This document shows, in pieces, positions 51,191-64,000 of a DNA stretch of 64,000 bases. Location: the NCBI RefSeq assembly GCF_006345805.1, contig NC_043001.1:104284001-104348000 (forward strand), read 5' to 3'. The position numbers were made by a program, and so were the translations under genes. The DNA comes from Octopus sinensis. Lineage: Eukaryota. Numbering within the stretch: position 1 is the first letter of the stretch; the number at the start of each line of letters is the position of its first letter. The notes beneath the pieces are model-generated. The model did no database searches, was not told where the DNA came from, and saw nothing but the letters and a program-made list of their open reading frames with translations.

Positions 51191-52177
51191 CTGAAATGTG
51201 CAATGATAATTAGATTTTAAACAACAACAACAGTAAAAGAGAGAGAACGGTGGACAGCAATAACAACAACAACAACAACAACTACAGCTCTTCAAGAGGA
51301 GGAGTCTATGGCAGCTGCTGTGTTTGTTTCCATGGAATCAACAGTGGCAGTTCCAAGAATAAGTAGAATGGAAACATAAAAGTATCTCGTCTATTGTACC
51401 ACAACCACCAGAGACTGACCATGGTCAAGAATCAGGAGTGGGGGGGGGAATCCACCTCCAGTACAGAAATGGCTACAAGCAGCAGTTCCATTCTTACTAT
51501 CTTGTACTGGTTCAGAAAGCTAGAAAAGGGTGGGGAAATATTAAGAGAAAAAGCAGAGTGGGGGGGGGGCACAGAAAGAGCCCAGACAAAAGACAAACAA
51601 ACAAGAAGTCTCCCAGGAAGAGGTGCCAACCTTTATAGAGTGTCTTATTTTTCTAGTGATCTGAAAGGCAAACTGCAGCCTACCTAGTCTAATGCTGATC
51701 CTAAATGAGAAACAACTACAAAGAAGAAGACGAAAAGCCAAGTACAAGGTGACTTTACATGATAGATAATTGATAAAGACCATGTCAGTGATCTGTTGAC
51801 AGAAGTTATTTCATATCCTCTTAGAGCTCAACTTGGTTCTTCATGGCTCAGAACCAAAGCTATACAAGGAAAGTTTTGGAGAACACATCGTCATTGCTGT
51901 GGGTGCCTTTTACCTGGCACCATCACCAATGCCTTTTATGTGACACCATCACCTGTGCTTTGCAGTAAATGGTTAGAACAAAGTGACACAGTGCTTTCAA
52001 CCTATCAGAGGTGGCTTCCTCTTGTATATAATTAGTACTAATTATATACTGTTTATTTATTATTATTATGTACTTTATTGTGATCTTGGTAAATGTTTTA
52101 TCATATATTTTATTTTTTCTATATGGTATGATTTACATCTATCATTGTTTGAATTACATAATGGTGGTTTTTCTCTG

Positions 52178-52229
<52 letters not shown>

Positions 52230-53971
52230 CCACAATTATTTGATTGACCCCTCTCTACAAAAATACGGCCTATTCCCAATGTAATAGAGTTGCCAAAAGA
52301 TTTGAATTTTTATATTGGAACCCAGTTTGTTCTTTCTTTCATGTTGTCCACATACAAAATAACATCATTAATACTTTTCATGTCACACCCGCAAGAAAAA
52401 ACTGAAACCACAAAAAAATAAATAAATAAATAAAAATAAAGAATGCCATTTGAATTGCAGGACAAAATATTAACAGTAAAAACAAATAAAAGCACAAATG
52501 TTTGCAGCTTGGAAAACAGACGTTAAACAATAACGATTAGCGTAAATATATCCTATGGAAATGTGAATGAAAACAACTTCAGTAGACATAAATATATCAC
52601 ATCAAAAGGCGAATAACAAAATACTATTCTTGAATAACTTTTGAATAATGCACTCTTAATGTGGAACATTTTGCTGAAAGAATGAAAGCATATGGGTATT
52701 TTGTCAGTATGACAGGTGCCAGCTTATGGCAAAGCATCACAATAGTGCATAAGGGGAATGTACGTTGTCAAGGCCAAGGAGGTTTTCCTCCTCCCATAAA
52801 AGGAGACTTGAGAGTAACCCTGCTAGATATTTTAGACAAATTGTCTTTATTGGGAATGAAAAGCTATATGGCACTATATGTAAGTTTTAAAAGAAAGGAA
52901 ACGCAAAAGAATAAACCCAAATTGTATGTGACACACCTGTTCATAATACCGAGAACAGCTTCAGCTGGTCTCAAAGTATTTGGGAAAGAAAACAAAAAGC
53001 ATTTGTTCACCATGGACATATGAGTTCCCATGATACCATAAGACCACAAATCAATATTAAGAACTGTGTTCTACACGCACACACACACACACACACAAAC
53101 AAATATACATCTGGTGGTGAGTTCTGGAGTTGTGAGACGCATGGGGTCACTCCTTAATTACCATTACTCCCAGATTTGTTCTGAGCTGGAATGGTAGTTC
53201 CAGTGAGGGTCCTATCTATGGGTTAAATAGATTCTGCAGGGGTAGAGGAGGATTTTGTTATTTTTGACAAAGCTGTGGGGAAGATACTTTTCCAGATGAA
53301 AGATAATCTGACATAAAACTTGCAGTCAAAATAGGTAGCAGCCATCTTGCAGTGTTCATCACTGGAACCTACTGGTTGTCAAGCAGTAAGAGGGGAGGTC
53401 AAACACAGATACACACACACACACATGGCTACATATGCACACACATATATAAATATAAGATGGGCTTCTTTCAGTTTCCATCTACCATAAGGCTTTGATT
53501 GGCCTGAAGCTATAGCAGAAGACACTTGCCCAAGGTGTCATGTAGTGGGACTGAACCCAGGACCATGTGGTTGGGAAGCATTACATCATATATGTAATAT
53601 GTATGTATGTATACACACATACGGTCATCTTTCTATCAAGTCCACAACCTGAGAACAGCCAGTCAACATAGACACAATGACAAGTGAGTGTTGTGAGATA
53701 GCTGTAATAAAACACTAGAACACGGATGTGTAGATATGTGCTGTATACTATAGGATAGTAATGCTTAAACCAGTCTTTGAAAATATGATGGTATCATTTA
53801 GCTTTGCATATGTTTCTCAATTGGGACTGGCAAATAAATAAAAGAACCCTTTTTATAAAGCCTTTTTCACACATTTATCTTGATGGCAAATTACAGTGAT
53901 CTTATCTTCATGGGCAGCATCCTGGCAGATTATAGGAATTCAATGTGTGTGTGTGGAGACAATATTTACAT

Positions 53972-54077
53972 ATCGCCTGAGGAAACACAACTAGATCTCA
54001 TAATGCATAGAAACAGTTACATAATCAAGTACCTGCACAGCTAGAGACCTACAATATGTGGAAACAATTGTAGCGAT
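53972..54077 (+). ncRNA. Hammerhead ribozyme motif with long loop II and GUA site
   Basis: ATCGC-CTGAGGA-aa-CACA-(~67 nt)-TGTG-GAAA-CAATT-GTA-GCGAT: perfect 5-bp helix I and palindromic ACAATTGT helix III. Confidence 0.6.
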
Positions 54078-54762
54078 TAAAAAATAAATGTCCAACCATA
54101 CCTGTATTGACCCCAATTTCTTATATTTTCTATTCACATGCAAATGCAAGCCTGGAAGTATGTATAATACTACTACTGGATAGCACAGGGTGAAATCTGA
54201 AGGTGGACGACCTTTATACTGTACTCTACTATGTTCTTAACAGAATATACCGTAACTATATATATATATATATATATATGCACAACTGGGGAACTCACCT
54301 AATTTCCTTCTCCAGACATCCCTATTACCCATCATTTCTCTAATTGCAGTATTTTGTTGTTGTAAATGAATGTCAGTAACCAACAGTTACACTACATTAA
54401 GAAACCCATTCCATTCTGGACCTTCTTCCCTATTTGCTCCCCCCCACCACCACATCAGTGAGCATAATGCCACCCTCCTCTTCTGTAGGAAGAGTCTTGG
54501 TCTGACGTCAAATCTGCCTACTTAGCTTGGTTTATACGACTTATGTTTAATATAAACACTTTAGAGTTACTCCAATCACACTACAGTGGTAAGAAATTCT
54601 CAAGAGAGCTGAACAGCAGAAGGTCTTCAGAAATGATCCCTGCCCTTGCCTTAGGCAAATGTTCTGGCCCTTTACTTCTAAGAATCTAAAGAGACCTGGC
54701 TGTGTTCAGATCGTGACTCCTGTGTACTATTCTGCAAGTTTCCAATCACACTGCTTAATACA

Positions 54763-55610
54763 CAGAGTATCCCGAATAACTTCCTCAACTTTACAAATAA
54801 ATGCATGAAATTTTTGATACAATATAAAGGACATAATCGAAATTAATATGCACAAGTCAAATTTTGTGACACCACTACATCACATATGAAAAACGACATT
54901 GCTTAAATGGCAGCCATTTTCGGCTTCATATGCCCATGCTCTTTCCAAAACTTGCCCCACGACACCCTCAAGAGTTTCAGACCCCACTTCTCTGATTTCT
55001 CTATTGATGTTCTCCTTCAGTCGCACCAGGATCTCCAGTTTGTTGATGTTAATCCTCTCTTTCAGGTATCCCAACAAGAAAAAATTCTGGCTAGTCATGT
55101 CTGGGGAACGTGAAGGCCAGTTGACATTGCCGTAGCTGGAGATTATTCTCTCTCCAAAACACTGCCATAGCAACTGCATTGTTTCTCTTGCGGTATGGAC
55201 ATTTACCCCATCTTGCTGGAACCATGTGTGGGGTCTACTTTGAATGACCAGGTGCAAAAAAGGTCTCAACCATGGTTCTGTACTGTTCTCCAGTCACTGT
55301 GACAACATTTCCATCATTTGGTGTAACTGAACAAGAACATCAATAGAGAAATCAGAGAAGTGGGGTTTGAAATTCTTGAGGGTGTTACGGTGCAAGTTTT
55401 GGAAAGAGCATGGGTGTTCAAAGCTGAAAATGGCTGCCCATCTTAACAATGTCATTTTTCATATGTCATGTAGTGGTGTTGCAAAATTTGACTTATGCAT
55501 ATTAATTTCTATTATGTCTTCTATATTGTATCAAAATTTCATGCATTCATTGGTAAAGTTAAGGGAGTTTTTAAAAATTGAACCCCATCAGTAACTTTTG
55601 GGACACCCTG
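54763..55610 (-). mobile_element. Tc1/mariner-superfamily relic with ~260-bp terminal inverted repeats (TIRs)
   Basis: CAG(A/G)GT(A/G)TCCC termini, TA at 55611-55612. Internal WFQQDG...H...WPSRSPDMT..NFFL.GYLKE transposase remnant. Confidence 0.85.
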
Positions 55611-55882
55611 TATATAACTCAAAAATATAAAAACCAACAAGCAAGTAGCAATGTGCTCATGCAATCTACTAGAAATAGCAGCCAAATATTTGCGATCTAA
55701 AGAAAGAAAAGACACACTGGATAATGAGGGCCTAGACATAAACAAATCTAAAAAAACAAAAATGAAAATAAGAGTCCATATAACATGAGGAGTGGATGAT
55801 ATTGTAATGGCTGACTACTCAGCACTGACCTTGGGCTAAATAAGAAGAACATTAAAAAAAAATGTGAAAATGAATAACATAC

Positions 55883-55971
55883 CCTCTCAAGGCTTTTCTA
55901 AGATTAACCAGCCAATCATATCTAAACATTCCACCATCGAAGAGGACACCGTTTTTATAAAGTATCAGATC
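55883..55971 (-). CDS. Internal exon of the SEP-domain gene (DLILYKNGVLFDGGMFRYDWLVNLRKALR-G)
   Basis: TTTTTGCAG| acceptor, GG|GTATGT donor, phase 0 to 2. Matches the SEP pattern L.LW/Y..G...D.G..R.Y...L..+..GE.P of p47/UBXN2/UBXN11 as recalled. Confidence 0.7.
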
Positions 55972-57034
55972 CTGCAAAAATAATTTTAAAAATGGAAGAA
56001 AGTAATTCAGAATTTAAAGATTAGTTGCAAAATTACAAGGAATTTTTGGTTCTTTTCATAGGATTGAACTGTGCAAAGACTAAATGGAGGGAAAGGTCAA
56101 ACTTAAAGGAACAAAATTTATAAAAACATATAATGTATATACTCTTTTACTTGTTTCAGTCATTTGACTGTGGCCATGCTGGAGCACCGTCTTTAGTCGA
56201 GCAAATCGACCCCGGGACTTATTCTTTGTAAGCCCAGTACTTATTCTATCGGTCCCTTTTGCCAAGCCGCTAAGTGACGGGGACATAAACATTGTCAAGC
56301 AATGCTAGGGGGACAAACACAGACACACAAACAAACACACATACATATATATATATACGACAAGCTTCTTTCAGTTTCCGTCTACCAAATCCACTCACAA
56401 GGCATTGGTCGGCCCGGGGCTATAGCAGAAGACACTTGCCCAAGATGCCACGCAGTGGGACTGAACCTGGAACCATGTGGTTGGTTAGCAAGCTACTTAC
56501 CACATAGCCACTCCTGCGCCTATGTGTATATACATATATGTGTGTGCATGTATCATCATCATCTTTAATGCCTGACATCCATGTTGTCATGGGTTGGATG
56601 GTTTGACCTGGCTGGCATGCTGTGGCGGGGGGGGGGGGCTGCTCCAGACTCCAATCTGATTTAGCATGGTGTTCCAAGGCTGGATGCCCCTCTTAACACC
56701 AACCACTCCAAGAGCGTAATGGGTGCTTTTACGTGCCACCGGCATGGTTACCATTTGCTTTGCGTGACACCAGTATCTCCCACAACTGTGATTATATACA
56801 TATTTTTACTCTTTTACAAGCTTCAGTCATTTGACTGTGGCCATGCTGGAGCACCACCTTAAAGGTTTTTTTTTAGTAGAAGAAATTGATCCCAGGACTT
56901 ATTCTTTGTAAGCCTAGCACTTATTTTATCGGTTTCTTTTGCTCAACAGCCATGTTACAGGGACGTAAACACACCAATACTGGTGGTCAAGCAATGGTAG
57001 GGAGTCAATAGTAGACACAAAGACACACGCATAA

Positions 57035-57142
<108 letters not shown>

Positions 57143-57310
57143 ACTCCTTTCAGTTTCTGTCTACCAAATTCACTCACAAAGCTTTGGTTGGCCAGAGGGT
57201 ATAGCAGAAGACACTTGTCCAAGGTACCACTCAGTGGGAATAGAACCTGAAATATGCTGCTGAGAAGTAAGCTTCTTACCACACAGCCATCCCTGTATAT
57301 GTGTGTGTGA

Positions 57311-57351
<41 letters not shown>

Positions 57352-58131
57352 CACACACATATATATTTCTTTATTGCCCACAGGGAGTTAAACACAGAGG
57401 GGACAAACAAGGACAGACAAAAAGATTAAGTCGATTACATTGACCCCAGTGCGTACTTATTTAATTGACCCCAAAATGAAGAAAGCAAAGTCAACCTCAG
57501 CAGAATTTGAACTCAGAACACAATGCCAGACAAAATACCGCCAAGCATTTTGCCTGGTGTTCTAATGATTCTGCCAGCTCACATATATCATCATCATCAT
57601 CATCATCGATTAACGTCTGCTTTCCATGCTAGCATGGGTTGGACGATTTTGACTGAGGGCTGGCGAACCAGATGGTTGCACCAGTCTCCAATCTTGATTT
57701 GGCAGAGTTTCTACAGCTGGATGCCCTTCCTAACGCCAACAACTCCAAGAGTGTAGTGGGTGATTTTTACGTGCGCCAGGCATGGGGGCCAGTCAGGCGG
57801 TACTGGCAACGACCTCGCTCGAATCCTTTTACACATGCCACCAGCACAGGTGCCAGTAAGGCGACTTTGGTAACGATTACGCTCAAATGTTGCCCTTTTA
57901 CGTGCCCTGGCAACGATCACACTGGGATGGTGCTCTTGGCACCCTACTAGCACGGGCACAAGTGCCAGTAAGGTGACGCTGGTAATGATCACACTCGAAT
58001 GGTGCCCTTTAAATTCCACTGGCACAAAAGCCGGTTGGCCGCTCTGTCAATAATCATGCTGGTATGGTGCTCTTTGCACCCTGCCAGCACGGACGCCAGT
58101 CATCGAACTTGATTTTGATTTTGCTTTTGAT

Positions 58132-58178
<47 letters not shown>

Positions 58179-58234
58179 TCTTTACCCCCAGTAATTCCCA
58201 GGGGTAAAGATGTTCTATTGAATAGTGAAGCATC

Positions 58235-58825
58235 TGTTTGTGTCTGCTGCCAGCCTCGCCTGGCCCCCGTGTTGGTGACACGTAAAAGCACCATTCGTTC
58301 ATGGCCGTTTGCCAGCTCTGTCTGGCCCCGTGTCGGTGACACGTAAAAGCACCATCCGTTCGTGGCCGTTTGCCAGCTCCGTCTGGCCCCGTGTCGGTAG
58401 CACGTAAAAGCACCATCTGTTCGTGTCCGTTGCCAGCCTCGCATGGCCCCCGTGCCGGTGGCACGTAAAAGCACCATCCGACCGTGGCCGTTTGCCAGCT
58501 CTGTCTGGCCCCGTATCGGTTGCACGTAAAAGCACCATCCGTTCGTGTCCATTGCCAGCATCGCCTGGCCTCGTGCCGGTGACACGTAAAAGCACCGTCC
58601 GTTCGTGGCCGTTTGCCAGCTCTGTCTGGCACCTGTGCAGGTGGCACGTAAAAAGCACCCACTACACTCATGGAGTGGTTGGCGTTAGGAAGGGCATCCA
58701 GCCGTAGAAACACTGCCAGATCTGACTGGGCCTGACGAAGCCTTCCAGCTTCACAGACCCCAGTTGAACCGTCCAACCCATGCTAGCATGGAAAGCGGAC
58801 GCTAAATGATGATGATGATGATTAT
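58235..58825 (+). repeat. RTE-3'UTR repeat copy with about seven tandem ~61-bp units
   Basis: Repeated cacgtaaaagcaccatccgttcgtggccgtttgccagctctgtctggccccgtgtcggt, ending in the conserved block and (ATG)n. Confidence 0.85.
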
Positions 58826-59633
58826 GATGTATGTACATACATAATACAACATCCAAGAATGTAGTGGGTATTTTTCACATGCCATGACTACAGTCTCACT
58901 TGGCTTGATAGGTTAACACAATATACTGAAGCAGTAAGGCAGTAAGCAGACAGAATTGTTACTGAGCTAGGCAACATGCTTTAGCAGCATTTCATCTATC
59001 TTTATGCTCTGAGTTCAAATTCTGCTGAGGTTGACCTATGCTTTTCATCCTTTCAGGATTGACAAAATAAGTACCAGTTGAGTACTGGGTTGGTATAATT
59101 GATTTACCTACCTCTCCCTTGAAACTGTTAGCCTTGTGCCAAAGTTTGAAATCGATGTACTGAATATCATACTCAATTGTGAGCATGGTGAGTTTTTAAA
59201 AGATTTACAAAAAAAAAAGAAAACAGACACATGCTGCATAGAGGCTATCTTTTTCATGTAGCTTCGTTGGATTGTCTCAAGTTCTGAGTTTACTTTGACA
59301 CTGGTTGGTGACCATAGCTGAGAGCAATAGTCAAAGTGGCTTAGGACAAGCAGACAGTAAATGATGGTGATGATATAGTTTTAATTATTAAAGTTGTAAT
59401 TAGTTGTAATTAATAAAAACTGTACAATTTTAAAATCATAGCATAAACAACCATGATATAAGACATGTAACAGATTTAAGTTATCTATATGAACAGGGCT
59501 AATTAACAGCATGAGTTAAGTCAATTCCATCACAGATTATTAAAGAAATGTTATGGCTTATACAGTTATAGGATATGACTTTAATCACAATATAGTTTTT
59601 TAAAAATAAAAATGAAAAAAAAATAGTACAAAC

Positions 59634-59694
59634 CAAATCAACAGGAATACATTGAGCTCCTGAGCTATTTTCAACTAATTCATCTGTTCTTGTT
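59634..59694 (-). CDS. Internal exon of the SEP-domain gene (TRTDELVENSSGAQCIPVDL)
   Basis: TTCATTCTAG| acceptor, TTG|GTTTGT donor. Phase 2 to 0, compatible with both neighbouring exons. Confidence 0.55.
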
Positions 59695-60709
59695 CTAGAA
59701 TGAAAAAATTACACAAGACTTCACAGTTGCAAATGTAAACTATTTCCAGTTATTATATATAACCTATATATTTTTTTTTTACTCTTTTATTCTTTTACTT
59801 GCTTCAGTCATCCAACTGCAGCCATGCTGGAGCACTGCCTTTTAGTTGAACAAATCGACCCTAAGCCTAGTACTTACTCTATCAGTTTCCCCTGCCAAAC
59901 TGATAAGTTACAGGGATGTAAACACTCCAACATCGATTGTGAAGCGATGGTGGTGGTGGGGGACAAACGTACATATATTGGGCCATCCCATAAATAATGC
60001 AGTTTTTTCAATTACATGAATTAAAAGTCAAAGAGGGACGGGATAAACTACCTGCATCAACTTGCTATAAAAGCAGGTAGTAATATTACTGGTCAATATA
60101 AAGATCCTCATCTGGGGAAAAAAAAAAATTAACCAGGGTGGGTGTTAACAAGTATGTGGAAAATGAATATGTAAACAAAAATGTGCGCTGATGACCCTCG
60201 GGGGTGGAGAGGGGACTTTTGGAAAATTTGCAAGATCCAATTTTTTTGTCATAACTTCCGGTAAAATGGATATATATTGATTTTTTTTAATGGAATCCCA
60301 CGCTTTTAGTTATGGAGAATCTGATTCGGAAAAAATTTTTTTCAAAAAATTGCATTTTCAAAATTTCAATTCCTCCACCATTACTTTTCACTTTTCCTGG
60401 AAATTTTTTTTTTAAATTTAAAATTAAAATTTGAATTTGTGCTTATTTTTTTCCATATTCTTAGTCTCCATATTTTCCCACATAGACTGATGGGAAAAAA
60501 AAATTCTAAAAAAAAAAAAACCACTTTAATTTCACATGAATTACTTTGGGAAATTACTCTGAAAGATGAGTAGATTGATTACATTAAGTTATTGCAGTTT
60601 TGTGAGATTTGGTTGTTATCTCCAGCATATGGATAGCCTGTTTGAAGGTGAGTGTATATTTTTTTTTATGTCTAGTTTTAGCTCACGAGCTGTGGCCGTG
60701 CTGGGGCAC

Positions 60710-60753
<44 letters not shown>

Positions 60754-60989
60754 ACCAGTTATCGCTTCTTCCAACCCCCCTCCTCACTGGTGCTGTTCCC
60801 TATATTACCTGCACTCTCTCTTCTCTTTCTCTACCTCTTTCCTCTTTCTCTCCCTCTCTTTCTCCTCTCTCTCTGCCTTAACCCTTCCCCACTGCAATTC
60901 TCCTCTACTTGAACAAACACAACCAGTTTTCAGCTGAACCCCTCCTAACCTAACATTGGAATATCCATACTTCTGCTATGCCGCTTAAA

Positions 60990-61884
60990 TCTACATCATT
61001 CGATGACCTTAATGCTTATGCTTACAATGCTGCTAACACCAGCTCCTACCTCCAGTAGGGACAACAATCTTAACATGCCTGAATGCTTGAACGTTGTCAG
61101 GTCGGAAGAGAGATCAGATGAAGCATGCCTAAAAAACGAACACAACAACAACCCTCTCCTTTTCAGGCACTGAATTGCAAGCCTCCTCCCCAAACCTCAT
61201 GACGCATTACCTTCCCAGTTTTCAGAGTTGGCACACTGAAAGGTAGGTCTAGTGAGATTGTAGAGATGCTTGAAAGGAAACAGGTGGATGTATGCTGCAT
61301 ATAAGAGGTAAGATGGAGAGGTGCTTCAGCTAGGGTCCTCACAGGCAAGGTGCATAAGTATAAAGTCATTTGGCAAGGTAACATGGATGGTGTAGGGGGT
61401 GTAGCTCATACAGGTTGTCAAGGTATGCGATAGAGTGCTTAAGTTCAGGCTAGTCTTACAGAATGGCACAGCTACAATTATCTCCACCTACGCACCACAT
61501 ACAAGGATACCAAATGATCGGAAGGACCACTTTTATGATACCCTTCAACAGGCTACCCCAAAGACGAGTGGAAATGACCTCATCTTTGTGGCTGGAAACT
61601 TTAATGGGCATGTTGGGTGGGAATTGGGTATCTTCACCGGGGCACACGGTGGCCATGGTATTGGCACCCAAAACGATGAGGGAACTAAGCTACTGGAATT
61701 CTGTGATGCATGTAACCTTTTAGTCTGCAACACTAACTTCAGGAAGTCAGACAGCTACCTTATAACCTATTAATCAGGGGACTCTACTAGCCAGATTGAT
61801 TTCATCCTCACCAGACAGTGGGATGCAGGGTTGCTCTTAAATACAAAGACCCTCCCAGGTGAAGAATGTACTCCTCAGAATAGG
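60990..61884 (+). mobile_element. RTE-clade LINE 5' part (endonuclease), degenerate
   Basis: VGTLKGRSSEIVEMLERKQVDVCCI.EVRW, ISTYAP, AGNFNGHVG, NDEGTKLLEFC and QIDFIL motifs. Confidence 0.8.
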
Positions 61885-62620
61885 CTAGTCATTAGTGACT
61901 TGGAAAGAGGTATTATCACTCATATCTATACCAAGGTCCCTCACTGATTTAGGCTCTGGGATTGAAATTTCCTGTGGACCAGTGTACCCTGTAAGTTTCA
62001 TATTCAGTTTTGGATGCTGGTAGCACAGGGCTTGGAATTTTTCAGCATTAAACTGCATATTATTATCCTCAGCCCATTTGTAAATTGAGTCCAACATCTG
62101 CTGCAGATGTGCAACATTGCTGGGGTTCTGTATTTTCTGCAAGACTTTCATATCATCTGTGTAGCCTGCAAGGGTGGCTATCCGGGCACTTGAGGGCATA
62201 TCTGAGAAGGCCACTATAAAAAGCAGTGGTCCCAAGACAGTGCCCTGTGGAACACCGCTCACTATTTGTGTTTTCATAGAGGCGGCTCCATTAACCACTA
62301 CTGCCTGACTCCTATCTTTCAGAAAGTCATGTAACCCACTCTCCAAGTTTTCCAGCTATGCCGAGATCATGCAGTTTGTGGCATATCATACCATGATCCA
62401 CCTTGTCAAAAGCTTTTGCAAAATCAAGGTACATTACGTGCACATTTGAGTTGTTGAGTAACTGCCTCAACACCCAGTCATAATGTTGTAAGAGCTGGGT
62501 CAAGCAGCTCCTACCTGGTCGAAAGCCATACTGGGTATCATTCAGCAAATTATTTTCTTCAAGGAATGCGATTAGTTTCCCTCTGACTATTCGTTCCATG
62601 ACATTGTTGATGTGTGAAGT
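61885..62620 (-). mobile_element. CR1-group LINE RT fragment, same family as 5857-8900
   Basis: MERIVRGKLIAFLEENNLL...GVPQGTVLGPLLF...YTDD with a frameshift. Further pieces at about 59230-59335 and a 3' tail at about 60670-60715. Confidence 0.88.
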
Positions 62621-62767
62621 TTTTCTGGAAAAAGTGAAAAGTAAGGGGGGGGGAGGGGGGGTAATTGAAATTTTGAAAATGCGAATTTTGAAAATCTAGC
62701 CACAGTTAGAATGCTTTTGATATGTCTGACACTCTTAGAGATATTAATTAGGAAAAAAAGAACTTAC

Positions 62768-62880
62768 TCATTTGTTCCTTCAGTTATGTCATTCGTTACA
62801 TTATTTTTGCCCTTCAGTCGAGTCACATCATGCTTTTTGGTCGCATAGCGTGGAATATTAGCAACGATATTCTCAATTTC
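62768..62880 (-). CDS. Internal exon of the SEP-domain gene (EIENIVANIPRYATKKHDVTRLKGKNNVTNDITEGTN-E)
   Basis: TTTTCCAG| acceptor, GA|GTAAGT donor. 113 nt, open, phase 0 to 2, non-repetitive sequence. Confidence 0.6.
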
Positions 62881-63129
62881 CTGGAAAATCAAAGGATGAA
62901 AAATTTCCAAATTGAAAATAATTAAGGACGTGGTAACAACAACAGTGCAATCATTGTCACCATCTTCATCATAACAAAAGACAAAGGCATGGAAGGGGAA
63001 GAGTATAAAAATAATAATTCCCAAGGCTTAGAAGTTTCCTAGAGAAAGATATAATAAATAGTAATGTGTAGAAATCTCTTCAGTACCATTAAATATGAGA
63101 AACAAAGTCAAACAGAAATTAAGCCAGTG

Positions 63130-63390
63130 ATTATGAATATGATGGCAGTGATTGGTTGATAATGCTGATGATGATGAAGCTGATAATGTTGATATTGGTG
63201 ATGATGGCAGAGATTGGTTGATAATGCTGATGATGTCAGAGACTGGCTGATAATGCTACTGCTGATGAAACTGATAATGTTGATAATGCTGCTGATGATA
63301 ATGCTGATAATGTTGATAAAGCAGACAATGGCAGGAATTGGTTGATAATGCAGATAATGGCAGTAATTGGTTGGTAATGCTGATGGTGAA
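63130..63390. repeat. Degenerate (GAT/GATAAT) minisatellite
   Basis: Recurrent atggcag..attggttgataatgctgatgatg units. Confidence 0.75.
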
Positions 63391-63412
63391 GACCAGGACA
63401 GGCAAACCTCAC

Positions 63413-63448
63413 CTTTATTGGCAATTGGTTCCAAAATATGTAACTTAA
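63413..63448 (-). CDS. Possible upstream mini-exon (LSYIFWNQLPIK)
   Basis: Good donor AAG|GTGAGG and phase-0 compatible, but a weak AAG acceptor. Confidence 0.25.
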
Positions 63449-64000
63449 CTTGAAAAATGATACAACATGGAAAATCATTTAAAAAATTCAATAGTTTAAA
63501 TCCATTTTAATAAATGGCGTGTACATATTTTTATATCATCACCATCATTTAACATCCTTTTTCCATGCTGGTAAGGCAGAAGAGCTGCACCAGGCACCAA
63601 TTGTCTGTTTAAGCATGTTTATACAGCTGGATGCTCTTCCTAATGCCAACCATGCTACAGAGTGTACTGGGTGCTTCTTACGTGATGCCAACACAGGTGC
63701 CTTTTGCATGTATTTTATATGATTTTCCACTTCAGTATTGGGTTTTAGGTGGTTTTTTTAAAAATTTGTTTTTAAATGTTTGCTGAGACAGATGTAATGT
63801 CAAATAAATTGAATAAAGCTAAGGTTTCTTTTTTCACCATTAATTTCTTTAAAGGGACATTACTAGAATTGACATAAGTTGAGGTATGCCTGTACATGTT
63901 TTCCTAAGTTGCTGCAAATAGCTTAACAGTATCTATCTGTTTGGAACAATTCCTTTCATTGATTGCTACAAGGTCTGGTCAATCATATCACAAACTTTAC

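Noticed and set aside
54102-54151. Possible 50-nt minus-strand exon (LHLHVNRKYKKLGSIQ)
   Set aside because: In the phase required by the upstream SEP exon it hits a stop after six codons and would split the SEP motif RG-E.P.
58250-58660. Regularly spaced ~60-bp repeats resembling a CRISPR array (also 4410-4620)
   Set aside because: Whole units repeat with no unique spacers, the context is eukaryotic, there are no cas genes, and they are part of the RTE 3' UTR repeat.
59230-59335. Apparent minus-strand exon after ctctcag
   Set aside because: It matches the CR1 LINE sequence at about 8296-8395, so it is a LINE fragment.

Overview
Repeat-rich, AT-rich animal genomic DNA, most likely an octopus (inferred from the repeat families and (TA)n microsatellites; not confirmed by search). 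Minus strand 112-15659 carries the first five coding exons of SCYL2 (SCY1-like pseudokinase 2), with GT-AG boundaries and consistent phases; the gene continues off the left edge, and a probable 5' UTR exon lies near 25.4 kb. A second minus-strand spliced gene (about 50173-62880) encodes a divergent SEP domain of the p47/NSFL1C type, followed by a ~290-aa Ala/Glu/Lys helical tail where the UBX domain would normally be. The remainder is mostly transposable elements: a near full-length CR1-type LINE, RTE LINE relics, several tRNA-derived SINE families, Helitrons, mariner/hAT/Sola-like relics, MITEs and a solo LTR. The most notable unannotated signal is a set of at least seven minimal hammerhead-ribozyme folds from about five unrelated repeat families, with covarying stems. 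One family joins a tRNA-like Pol III head to a hammerhead and occurs as a head-to-head inverted pair (27093-27594), suggesting a Penelope-mobilised, ribozyme-bearing SINE or retrozyme. All calls come from reading the sequence by eye; no database searches were run.
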